From the NCBI GenBank assembly GCA_002269645.1, contig NIVC01003742.1:1-43763 (forward strand): DNA of 43,763 nucleotides, written 5' to 3'. Source of the stretch: Macrostomum lignano. Lineage: Eukaryota. Made by a program: the position numbers and the translations under genes. Every line of letters begins with the position of its first letter. The stretch's first letter is position 1. The notes under the pieces are model-generated. The model searched no databases and was not told the DNA's origin. It worked only from the letters and a program-made list of their open reading frames with translations. This document shows, piece by piece, positions 23,301 to 40,830 of this stretch.

Positions 23301-25508
23301 CCCGATATGTATCGATAGAATGTTTTCTTAGCGTAGCTTACTCCCGATATGTTATGATAAATGTTTCTTTAGCATATTTTGACCTACTCCCGATATGTAT
23401 CGATAGAATGTTCTGTTAGCGTAGCTTACTCCCGATATGTATCGGGAGTAATATCCAGGGAGATACGCTAGCGCCGTTCCTATTTATTCTGGTGCTTGAC
23501 TGGGTGCTACGGACTGCTCTGCCTTCCAACGACGACGGCTTCCTGCTGCGGCGACGCGTGGGTCGACGCCAACCGGAGAGACGGCTCAGCGTGCTTGGCT
23601 ACGCCGATGACCTCGCCCTGCTGTCCTCGACCGTCGAGGGCGCCCAACGACAGCTGGATAGGCTGGTTGCCGTTGCGGCGAGCGTCGGCCTGGTGGTCAA
23701 CACGCAGAAGACCGTCGTGCTATGCGTGCCGGACGACACCGAGGCTGCAATCTTCTGCCGAGGCGCTGACGGACAGGCGAGTGAGCTTCCAAGATGTCAG
23801 CAGTTCGTCTACCTCGGCGGTCTGGTTCCCGACGTCCGCGAGGATCTGCGGCGTCGCCGAGGACTTGCTTGGGCTGCCTTTCGTTCTATAAGGTCAGTCC
23901 TGCAGTCCGAGGCCCTACCGGACCGCCAGAGGGCGGCGCTGTTCCAGGCGGTGATCGAGACCGTCCTGTTATACAACGCCGAGACCTGGACGCTGACAGA
24001 CTCGCTCGAGGCTCAAGTCGACGCGGCGCACGCTGGCCTGCTGCGCGCCGCCTTCAAGATCGGCAACGAGCGAGTCACCAACACGGCGCTCTATCATCGC
24101 GCCGGCCTGGCCCGTCCTAGCGATCTGCTGCGCCGTCGGCGACTCCAGCTGGCAGGCCACGTCATCCGCGCCGAGGCCTACTGTCCGGAGCCGGTGCAGG
24201 AGGTGCTGCTACTTACGTTGCAGGCACCCTACCGGCGGGGACAGGCGAAGACTCGGCGCTACGTCGACTGTCTGCTGGCTGACGCCGGCGCCCCGGACTC
24301 TGCCGGCGGTGCGGCTTTTGTTCGCGCCCAAGCTTTGAAGCGCGCCATCTGACGCTGCTTTTGTGAACTGGCAGCGTACTCTGTTGTTGTTGTTGTTGTT
24401 TGTTGTTGTATCGATAGAATGTTCTGTTAGCGTAGCTTACTCCCGATATGTATCGATAGAATGTTTTCTTAGCGTAGCTTACTCCCGATATGTATCGATA
24501 GAATGTTTTCTTATCATCCATCCATTGATTAATCGACAGGTGGACGCCAAAGCGCGTCAAATATTGAACGGCACAGCAGGTGCCGCCGGGGCCAACGCCA
24601 GCGGGCCGGGCACCCAGTCGCTAACCAGACTGCAGCAGCAGCAAATTCAGCGGCCAACAGTCCGCGTCACCCATCCCGAAGATGACGAAGCCTCAGAAGA
24701 AGAAGACTCTGAAGAGGATGATGAGGAAGAAACCGAAGATGAAGAAGAAGAAGAGATTGTCCCGAACAGCAAGCAGCAGGTGCCCGCGCAGGTGCACACC
24801 AACCCGGCGCCTGGCAACGCCGCAGCCGCTACTGCCATCGAAGAATTCGATTCGGACGAATACGAAGACGAAGACGAGGACGAGTACGAAGAAGAGACCG
24901 CTACTCGAACTGCCGACCATCGTCATCCTGAGACGGCGGTGTCGGCCACCGACGGATCTAGGCGACCTCCCGGAGTGCCGGACCTTCGACTTGGCGGCAT
25001 TGTCGGCGGCGCCGGCGGTGGCGCGGGCGTCAATCCCACTCCCAGTCCACGCCTTCCGCGCTCCCACCAACAGCAGCAGCTGCAGCACCATCTGGCTCCC
25101 GATTCGCCAGACGCTGTACACGCTTTCGACTCTCCCGATGGCGCTGTCGGCGGCGGCGGTATTTCGCGGCATCCTCAGCAGCGCCTACCAGCGGAGGCGT
25201 CCTCTTCCTGGGACTCGCAGGGCGACGAGATCTCCGAGTTGAATGCCGTTACTAACGGCGGCGGAGGAGCTGCCGATCTCAACGATGAAGTCAACGACCT
25301 GCTGCAGAAGCTGGGTTCCTCTGGCAACGGTGGCGGCGGCGGCTTGAATGTACGCGGCTCGGCCCAGACCGACAACAGCAACACGTTGGACACGTCGCAA
25401 TGGGCCGTCACCTCCAATGTGGTTAGCACTGTTAATCCCGGCGCTACGGGCCGATCGTTGGGCACTAATAAAAGTTCAGATATTGGCGAAGAATCATTCG
25501 ATGACTAA
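20314..25508 (+). CDS. DZIP1: DZIP1/Iguana ciliary zinc-finger protein, join(20314..20685,21151..21468,22287..23048,24540..25508), about 806 aa (exon 2/3 junction ambiguous)
   Basis: Dzip N-terminal domain (FFFKKRAERLDWRRLAAIDVD...LVKLFRLAQLMIEYLLHSQEYL), coiled coil, C2H2 finger CPYCPKAFLNNTFLRSHINRRH, acidic C-terminus. Alternative in-frame junction 21454/22258. DZIP1 vs DZIP1L cannot be resolved. Confidence 0.87.
20730..21060 (+). repeat. Minisatellite of about 31 bp, DZIP1 intron 1
   Basis: TAATACTGGTTGCTAGGGCAATCGATTGTTG-like units, about 10 copies. Confidence 0.85.
21540..22205 (+). repeat. Minisatellite of about 36 bp, DZIP1 intron 2
   Basis: TTGAACTCCCTGACCAGATTCTTATCTTTAGTGTCC units, with a repeated four-unit block. 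Confidence 0.9.
23085..24515 (+). repeat. Minisatellite of about 42 bp in DZIP1 intron 3, split by the LINE (23085-23444 and 24408-24515)
   Basis: TACTCCCGATATGTATCGATAGAATGTT..TTAGC units on both sides of the insertion. Confidence 0.88.
23445..24407 (+). mobile_element. 5'-truncated non-LTR retrotransposon (RTE-like LINE), RT C-terminal part
   Basis: Uninterrupted frame 23453-24352: IQGDTLAPFLF, GYADDLALL, VNTQKT, FVYLG, LLYNAETWTLT, RRRRLQLAGHVIR. (TTG)n tail 24382-24407. GTATCG duplicated at 23439-44 and 24408-13. Confidence 0.9.
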
Positions 25509-25767
25509 CTTTGTTCTCATATTTTATTTGCTGTTTTTACATTAGTTGTTTTTATTGAAATTCAAGACTGGTTTCTATATATGAGACTTTATTTTTTACC
25601 TGTCTAAACCCAACATTTTATTTCACTGTCTAGAGTAACTTTATTATGCGTTAGTTGAACCTTTTGGGCCATGGACAATGAAAAGCCAGTCTTCAGTAGC
25701 TTGATTCTGCCGATAAGGATTGAATTGCGTTGCTCCCGACAACTAATTGGCTTGGGAAATGTTATAT

Positions 25768-26330
25768 ATGGGGTCGGCAAACTCGCCGGTCACATGCGGC
25801 CGGCAGAGCCTCTCTGTCCGGCCCTCGTGTCCTTTGAAACTTCACAATAGCTCAAGGTTTGTGTCTCTTTTTAGGTCTCTTCTCTACGATCTCCTCTTCT
25901 TTCGTTTCCTCTCCTCTTCTCTCCGTCTCCTCTATCTTCTCTCTCTCCTCTCCTCTCCTCTACCTTATCTCTCTCCCTCTCCTCTACCTTCTCTCTCCTT
26001 TCCTCTCCTCTCCTCTATCTTCTCTCTCTCCTCTCCTCTCCTCTACCTTCTCTCTCCTCTCCTTTCCTCTCCTCTCCTCTCCCTCTCCTCTACCTTCTCT
26101 CTCTCCTCTCTTCTCCTCTCCTCTCCTCTCCTCTCCTCTCCTCTCCTCTCCTCTTCTCTCTTCTTTCTTCTCCTCCTCTCGTATTTATCTCTCGTCTCCT
26201 CTCGTCCTCTTTTCTCTCTTCTCTATAACTTTGTCTCTCCTTTCTCTTATCTCTCCTCTCTATTTCATAATATACGCTGGGTTCTCTATCTAGCCCTTGA
26301 GGTAAAAACAAGGTTTCCGACTCCCCCCTT
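25768..26330 (+). mobile_element. hAT (Charlie-like) MITE carrying an internal CT tract, copy 2
   Basis: Left end GGGGTCGGCAAACT, right end GTTTCCGACTCCCC. Near-identical 8-bp flanks TGTTATAT / TGCTATAT. CT tract 25860-26270. Shares both ends with 6473-6854. Confidence 0.65.
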
Positions 26331-27211
26331 GTGCTATATAAAATTGCACGAGGGATGTTGGCACCCCTGGTGGAATGCCTTTGGAAGTTAAAAATGTACA
26401 AAACTACCATCAATATTGTAAATGCATCAATTTTTCCCTTTTGTTTTACTTAGCCTAATTTTATCACTAGACGCTTTGACGCTATCTTTCACCTAATGGC
26501 AGTTGCCCATAGTGTATAATTTGATAACAGATTTAATAGCATCTATAGATTCACTTGTATTGTATTGTTGTTTTTTGCTTACCTTACTACTACCTGGTTG
26601 TAGTAGTAGCAGCAGTAGTGTATTAACATGACACGTTGAAAAAACTGATTTTGTCTTCCTTTTCCTAATTAATTGTTAAGAAATAGATTTCTGTATTTAA
26701 TAGCTTCTGTTGTTAAAAAATTAAAGGATTTTATCTATTATTTATTGAACTCTCTGAGTCAAATGATTACCCGTCCAACTTTGATTTGTACCTGGTCAAT
26801 ATTTAATAAAATCTTCTCAATTACCTGTAATTAAACTGGCGGGACCATTAAAATATGTAGCTATTTCGTCACTTAGCAGTGCTAATATTTATAAATTTTC
26901 TGAATCATACTACTCACTAATTACTCGTTATGAGTAGTTTATGCGCGCGTGTTTTCGGATTTCTGCGTCTGCCTCTTTGAATATAAAATAAATAAAGCCT
27001 CTATTTATATTTTATCTTTTCTATTACTTTAGTATTGTTTAAGTCTATTTTTTACTTTTTGTAACTAAGTAGTACACTAAGTAGTATATATTCATATTGC
27101 AACTTATCCTGAACTTTATTTTCAGATAAAAAACTCATCAAGCAATTTCTACGCTATTTAACACTACTCACAGTAGTTCATTCTAGAGTGAAGTGCTTAT
27201 AAAATGCAGCT

Positions 27212-34051
<6,840 letters not shown>

Positions 34052-34118
34052 CTGTACTTATTTTATTTTTAATAGTAGCAGTAAGTGTTGTTTTTTAAAA
34101 TGCACAGTTTAACACCTA

Positions 34119-34193
34119 TAGAAAAAGGATAGGTTTGGGCCATAGACAATTCGCAACTTTGTGACTGTCTATGGCCCAAACCTTTTTTTTCTA
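34119..34193. other. Perfect 18-bp inverted repeat / hairpin downstream of the MGAT5 stop
   Basis: AGGTTTGGGCCATAGACA (34131-48) and TGTCTATGGCCCAAACCT (34166-83) with a 17-nt loop; the stem extends imperfectly outward. Confidence 0.8.
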
Positions 34194-34934
34194 CACAGGC
34201 TTTCAACTTTAACTTCGGATTTCCATTTTCTGTCGCGCGCACGAAAAATTCGCGTTTCTCTACTCGTTATTCAGTAGAAAAACAAGCATTTTTTGTCTTT
34301 TTTTCAATTGAATTAAAGAAATTATCTGAATTGAAAAAATGAGTAGGCAATCCATGTTTTGATTTGTAAAGTTTTGTTAGTATTTAATTGCTTTTGTCAA
34401 CTTCTAGAAATAGCATTCATTTTTGATACATACTACTCGACGCTTAGTTAACTATGGACAGTTTTATGCTGCTAAATAAGTTTCTTACGATACATGTCGT
34501 TAAATTGTAAACTAATCAGGGCTGGAAAAGGAATCGATTAAAGTGGCATGTTATGTTTTATTTTACGTTTTTTATGCAGGCCTCCTATATGTGTTTTTCA
34601 CTTATTGTAATTGTTCAAAGTCAGCAGACTTTTCCTTTTCTAACACTAGCAGCCTATCAGTGTCTGTCTTACCTGTGATGGTTCAAATCCTCACATTGTT
34701 ATTTTTTAATTAATCTATCATCTGGATTGCCATTATATTATGTGTAATTGCGAGCGCATTAAGAATGTGTATTATTTTATTAATACGGTGCCTAATTAGA
34801 ACCTCGCGCCACCTTGCCTTCTGTATCGAATTTTTCTGCTTTTTTTCTTCTGTTTGTGTAAATTATAAACTTATGCTATCTTGTCTGTCTTCGCTACTTA
34901 AAGTAGTCTGCTTTAATTTATTGCTTTTTAGGGA

Positions 34935-35728
34935 AATCTCTGGGTAGAAACCTCTGGACCAGGCGGGCCTCTCAAAATCTCTGGGTAGAAACCGGTGGAC
35001 CTCTCAAAATCTCAGGGTAAAATTCGGTGGGCCTCTCAAAATCTCAGAGTAGAAACCGGTAGGCCTCTGAAAATCTCAGGGTAGAAACCGATGGGCCTCT
35101 CATAATCTCAGGATAGAAACCAGTAGGCCTCTCAAAATCTCAGGATAGAAACCGGTGTGCCTCTTAAAATCTCAGGGTAGAAGCCGGTGGGCCTCTCAAA
35201 ATCTCAGGATAGAAACCGGTGTGCCTCTTAAAATCTCAGGGTAGAAGCCGATTGACTTCTCAAAATCTGAGGGAAAAAACCAGTGGACCTCTCAAAATCT
35301 CAGGTTAGAATTCGATGGGCCTCTCATAATCTCAGGATACAAACCAGTAGGCTTCTCAAAATCTCAGGATAGAAACCGGTAGGCCTCTCAAAATCTCAGG
35401 GTAGAAACCGGTAGGCCTCTCAAAATCTCAGGGTAGAAACCGGTAGGCCTCTCATAATCTCAGGATAGAAACCGGTGTGCCTCTCAAAATCTCAGGATAG
35501 AAACCGGTAGGCCTCTCAAAATCTCAGTGTAGAAACCAGTAGGCTTCTCAAAATCTCAGGATAGAAACCGGTGGGCCTCTCAAAATCTCAGGATAGAAAC
35601 CGGTGGGCCTCTCAAAATCTCAGGATAGAAACCGGTGGGCCTCTCAAAATCTTAGAGTAGAAACCGGTTGACTTCTCAAAATCTTAGGGTAGAAACCAGT
35701 AGGCCTTCTAAAATTTCAGGATAGAATT
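34935..35728 (+). repeat. 32-bp minisatellite (about 24 copies) between MGAT5 and RPL35A
   Basis: CTCTCAAAATCTCAGGATAGAAACCGGTAGGC units. Confidence 0.93.
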
Positions 35729-35840
35729 TGAGACAGGTTTTCGCAGCATCAATCTCATGCGCAGGGCAAAGCCGGCCAAATTACTTAAATCCTGGTCCTA
35801 CACTCCCTGTTGCATGCTAGCAGACCCCAGCCACTAAAAG

Positions 35841-36230
35841 ATGTCGAATCCAGCAGCCGAATCGGGCAGTCAGCAGAAGCTGCAGCTGCGATCACCTGGC
35901 CGCATGTACGTCAAGGCCGTGTTCACCGGTTATAAGCGCGGCCTGCGGAACCAGCACGAAAACACCGCCCTGCTGCGTATTGAAGGCGTTGAGAAACGCC
36001 AGGAGGTGGACTTCTACCTGGGCAAACGCTGTGCCTACGTCTACAAAGGCAAGCGTCTGACTTCGGTGCCCGGCAAAGGCAAGGAGAAGTCGCGAGTTCG
36101 CGTCATCTGGGGCCGGGTAACCCGGCCGCACGGCAACTCCGGAGCTGTCCGAGCCAAGTTCAGCACCAACCTGCCGCCGGCGGCGATGGGCAAGCGCGTC
36201 CGAGTCATGCTGTACCCGTCTCGTATCTAA
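35841..36230 (+). CDS. RPL35A: 60S ribosomal protein L35a (eL33), single exon, 129 aa
   Basis: [31 protein letters not shown]...[12 protein letters not shown]...[40 protein letters not shown]. Confidence 0.96.
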   Translation: MSNPAAESGSQQKLQLRSPGRMYVKAVFTGYKRGLRNQHENTALLRIEGVEKRQEVDFYLGKRCAYVYKGKRLTSVPGKGKEKSRVRVIWGRVTRPHGNSGAVRAKFSTNLPPAAMGKRVRVMLYPSRI

Positions 36231-37031
36231 TCGATGGTTAGCGGCATGTGTTGCGACTGATATCAAACATTGAGTTAGGCTTTACAGTTTGAATGCTCCG
36301 TGTTTGAAGCGATCTGTTTTCATCTTGTCAATGACGCGATTCGACAAATAAAACTAAGTAAAATGAATGAGCCTTGCAGGCGCTCTGTGGAAGAAAAAAA
36401 GAATTTTTGAACAGAAAAAATCTGAATTGTTCGTTGTTTTTTACATTGTAACACGAGCTACTAATATGGGATTCAAACTCAAGTTTAGTAATGTTTGGGC
36501 ATCAACCTTGTGCCGTTGTGCGCGTCCCCTGCCCGGCCACCCTACCCCGTCATTTCATTTCCGTACCTTCTGGCTCTGCCCCGCCAGCCAGGCTCCCTCC
36601 CTCCCTGTTTTCCTGCCCCCCGTCGGCGCCCGCCTGGGCCGGGGGGGGGGTTTGAAAGCTTTTATTAGGCCTCTACATGGCTTGGGGTGGGCGTCCCTTC
36701 TCTACCCCTGCCCCTGCGCTAAGTTCTCCCGTCTACCCAGTAGCGGGCGCTGATTGGTCAGTTTTTTCTCGTCAACCCCCGCTCCCGACGCACCCACAGT
36801 CGTTTGGCCCCCCGCCTCCGTCCGTTCGTTTCGCTTAATCTCACTTAGCTTACTTGATTATCTTATCTCACTCAGTCGTGTGCGTTTTTCTTATCTGTTT
36901 TTTTAACTGGTTAGCTGGCGACAATCACACCGATCAAAATTGATAACGGAACGGAGTGTAGTGGAGAACTGCGAAACAGTAATAGTTTGATTTCCATTCC
37001 ACCCAGGTGGAAAAGTCGCGTAGCTAAGATC

Positions 37032-37738
37032 TAGGGTCACAAAATCCCGGGATCCCGGGATTTGACGTTTCCTGACATTATCCCGGGATTGATATTTTTC
37101 CAGTACCATCCTTGTCGTAACATTGTTATTATGTTATAACAACGCTGCGAATTACTTTTTTTATCACGTGACTAACGTAAGAACATTTGCAAGTTGCAAG
37201 TAAAAATAAGCAAACACCATGCAAAGCAATATAAATGTATATAAATGTATTACATACTATGTAGTAGCACTAGGAGTATGCACATTGCAAAACGAATGCA
37301 CATGACTCGTGGACGTGGTCGTGGAGTCGTTGGCCCGTGGCATGAGGCACACTCACAATCACAAGGAGTCACAAGGACTCACAGTCACAACACAATTCAC
37401 AACCTACTACCGCCTGGGCATTCACGTTGTCACTTGTCAGTCTGGAGTCTGGACTCACGACTATGAGTTCAAACTTTAAAATCAAATCTCAACGTTAAAT
37501 GATTTAAACAAGACTCAACTCAAACAAAATTAAAGACCTTACTCGTACAAAGTTGGCAACGGAGAATGGACATGTATGCGTGTATGTTCCATATTTGAAC
37601 TAACTGCCATTTTATGATAAAATACTTGCTTATATCAGACATTATAAAAACATAGCATTAACGTTCCGGGATTGAATCCCGACCCTGTGAATCCCGGGAT
37701 CCCGGAAAAAGCGCTAAATCCCGGGATTGTGACCCCTA
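37032..37738. mobile_element. hAT-type MITE (about 707 bp)
   Basis: Terminal inverted repeats TAGGGTCACAA(AA)TCCCGGGAT with multiple subterminal ATCCCGGGAT palindromes. 8-bp flanks CTAAGATC / CTCAGATC. Confidence 0.8.
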
Positions 37739-38612
37739 CTCAGATCGTAATCAATCCTAATGGAGACCTATTCCATTAGAATGAAAGCCTATGTAGATTG
37801 GTTTCCAAAAGAGTTTAAATAGCTCGTACGATTTAAAAATCAAGAAACCTAGCTCTCTAGCTGGTAGACCAATCCACCATCTCGAGCTTCCGTCCAAGTC
37901 TTGTTGAAGGCCTGGAGGTTGGCGCCAAGCTTTGCATGTTTATTACAGCCGATTCTTGTACACTACATTGTGTAAATGCAATAAAATTTAACTACGAGTA
38001 TAACGTGCCATAGACATTAAAGTTTGATAAAATCAGTGCTATATTTATAAACTACTCGTAAATGTAAGCTACACAATTAACATATCATTGTATTGAAAAC
38101 CTTCGATCTTGAACTGCTATACTAAGTACCTTAGCTAATACGTTAGCACACGAATACAAGCATCCCATATGATCTTCGAATCCCTGCTGACGCACTGCTG
38201 GCTCTTCTTTGCACCGAGAGCACTGCGCAACGTCTTTAATCGTCTTCTTCGACTCACCTGGCCTTGCCAAACCTACCGCGGTTTCATGCCGTCTGGCGCC
38301 GCCATTTTTAGCAATTTTGGCAGAGCAAATTCGTCCAATAAATTGAACCAATCTAGCGACCCAATGATCTGCCTGTTTCTCAACTATTCGCCAATCAACA
38401 CAGTGTTCGATTGGTGCTATGCACGAGACGACGACGGCGGAATCGAGAACGTCTATATCGGCACCCTGCTGTTTAACGGCAATCGGATTGGCTGGTGGTT
38501 AAGAAGCTGACTCGGTGTGGACCTGGACCGGGGATTCTCCTGAGGATCAGGTGAGCGCATTGTATTGTATTGTAGTTTCCTGCAAGCTGCTAAACTGTTG
38601 TTGCAGTGGGAG

Positions 38613-38939
38613 CAGGGGCGTCGCCATGGATTTTATGGTGGGGGGGACAAAGCCAAGAATTCTACATGTACATGTACATTATTTTCTGAATCAGTGTTGT
38701 CAGCGCTCATTTTAGCGCCGCAGGCACTCATTTTAGCGCCGCAGGCACTCATTTTAGCGCCGCAGGCACTCATTTTAGCGCCGCAGGCACTCATTTTAGC
38801 GCCGCAGGCACTCATTTTAGCGTGATCATGCATGAGGTTGGGTGGGCGGACAAAGCATTGGCATGTCCCCCAACAACTTTTACTTGGGTGAGGGGGACAT
38901 GTACCCCCTGTCCCCCCCCCCCCGGTGGCGACGCCCCTG
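38613..38939. mobile_element. hAT-type MITE (327 bp) carrying a 21-bp tandem array
   Basis: Perfect 14-bp TIR CAGGGGCGTCGCCA / TGGCGACGCCCCTG. 8-bp flanks AGTGGGAG / AGTCGGAG. Internal GCACTCATTTTAGCGCCGCAG x about 5.5 (38702-38823). Confidence 0.85.
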
Positions 38940-39599
38940 AGTCGGAGATTGCTTTCTTCAATGCAGACCTCTGGGAATGCCTGTTGCACATTTTGTTACA
39001 CATTCATCAAGCTAGGAAAGTTTAAATAGATTCATGATACCAATGTGTCGAGCTGTACCATTTTCATCATTTTTAGGCTGGGTAAATGTAAGATTGTAGG
39101 TAGGATATAAAGTTAACAAAGAATCATAATTTTCTGAACGAAAACTTCATAAATATCAATAGAGCTATAATAAAGACCAGACATACCAAAAAGTGAACAC
39201 TGGGTCTGCCTTCTATCAAACGCAATATAGCAATTTTTGTACTGAAAAATGAAAATCTCCTATCTCCGTAATGGATTTTCTTAGTACAACCTGCCTTCTA
39301 GAATTTTCTAAGAAGCGTAGTTTTCCCTCCTTCGACTTGAGTCATCCTTACTTTATGATTGTGAAACCTCGTGGCCTAAGCTAGCTGATCACGTGACTTT
39401 GTCAAGGGCTTATGGAAAGGAGTGTCAGGACGTACATGTGCAAGCACTCTGCATGAATCACGTGGCCAAAAGAGAGAGCCGTCAATCTACATGTACTTTT
39501 AACTGTAAAGATCACGTGACCGAATAAGAATTGACAACGTACAATAAGATGTCGGCCTAGATTATGTAACTTAAGAGGGTTGATGACGCGTACAACCCT

Positions 39600-39858
39600 C
39601 AGCCTGAATCACGTGACTAATGTGGGGTTGATCGGATGTGCAAGCCTGCGGGCTAGATCACGTGACCAATGAAGTTGATTGGATGTGCAGGCCTGCGGCC
39701 TAGATCATATGACCAATGAGGGTTGATTGGATGTGTAGGCCTGCGGCCTAGATCATGTGACCAATGAGGGTTGATTGGATGTGCAGTCTTGCGGCCTAGA
39801 TCATGTGACCAATGAGGGTTGATTGGATGTGCAGTCTTGCGGCCTAGATCACGTGGAC
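39600..39858 (+). repeat. 47-bp tandem repeat containing TCACGTGAC and CCAAT motifs
   Basis: CTAGATCA(C/T)GTGACCAATGAGGGTTGATTGGATGTGCAG..TGCGGC x about 5. Confidence 0.85.
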
Positions 39859-40559
39859 CAGAAAGGTCTAGAACACAATTCTGTTTACTTACCAGAGGGT
39901 CGAATATGTGTTGTAAGTTCTCGGCCAGGATCAAGCCAGGACCAAGCCCGCCCCTTCCCCCGCCTCACGCCCACCTCAGGTGCTCACAAAGTATCGCACC
40001 AGCCGGTTGGCTCGTTTCGACCGCATCCGCGAGGACCAATTCTCCTGCCTGTTCGAGCTGCGCGTGTGCAGCTGCGGCACCAGATTCCTAATCCGGGGCG
40101 TAGCCAATCTTCACCAGCCCGACAATCATTTCATATTCGTCATTGATGCCCAGTTAAGCCGTTGAACCTCCTATTCTATCACAACTCCGTGGTTCCGGAC
40201 TACGATCCGTTCGGCGACTCGATTTTCATGCCGCAGAAACTGGCCCGGCGCCGGCCTTTGCCCTGCTGTGGCTGCATCCAGTCAGCTTTCGAGAGCTGTC
40301 AAGGACGGCTTTCCCAGCGACGACGACAGTGACAGTTGCTGTTGAAACTCCAACCGAAAGATTTTTCAGTGTGCAGGTGATGATACGCCTAAATCTGGAG
40401 GCACACGTCTGACTCTCGTACTATTAACCTCTGGCCACATAGTTTTGGGGCTTTTGTGCACGAGAATTGTGTGAGGAAGCTTGTGCCGGGGTTGTCCTGC
40501 GATTTACAGCCATGAGTGCCAGCCCCCAAGGCACAGAGAGTGTACATGCCATACCAGGA

Positions 40560-40830
40560 ACAGGGCGCCACTAAGAGACAGGGGCGCCCACCAAAGAGAC
40601 AGAGACGCCCACCAAGAGACAGGGACGCTCACCAAAGAGACAGGGACGCCCACCAAGAGACAGGGACGCCCACCAAGAGCAGGGACGCCTACCAAAGAGA
40701 CAAGGCACTCACAAGAGACAGGGACGCTCACCAAAGAGACAGGGACACCCAGCCAGAGACAGTGGCGCCTACCTAGAGACAGGGACGCCCACCAAGAGAC
40801 AGGGGTGCCCAAACTAAAGAGACGGGCGTC
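40560..40830 (+). repeat. 20-21-bp minisatellite
   Basis: CCACCAAGAGACAGGGACGC-like units, about 13 copies. Confidence 0.85.

Noticed and set aside
25747-26413. Leu/Ser-rich 'membrane protein' ORFs
   Set aside because: They are translations of the CT tract inside a MITE.
36440-36900. GC-rich patch downstream of RPL35A with a 128-aa ORF
   Set aside because: No recognisable domain, splice structure or terminal repeats; cannot be assigned.
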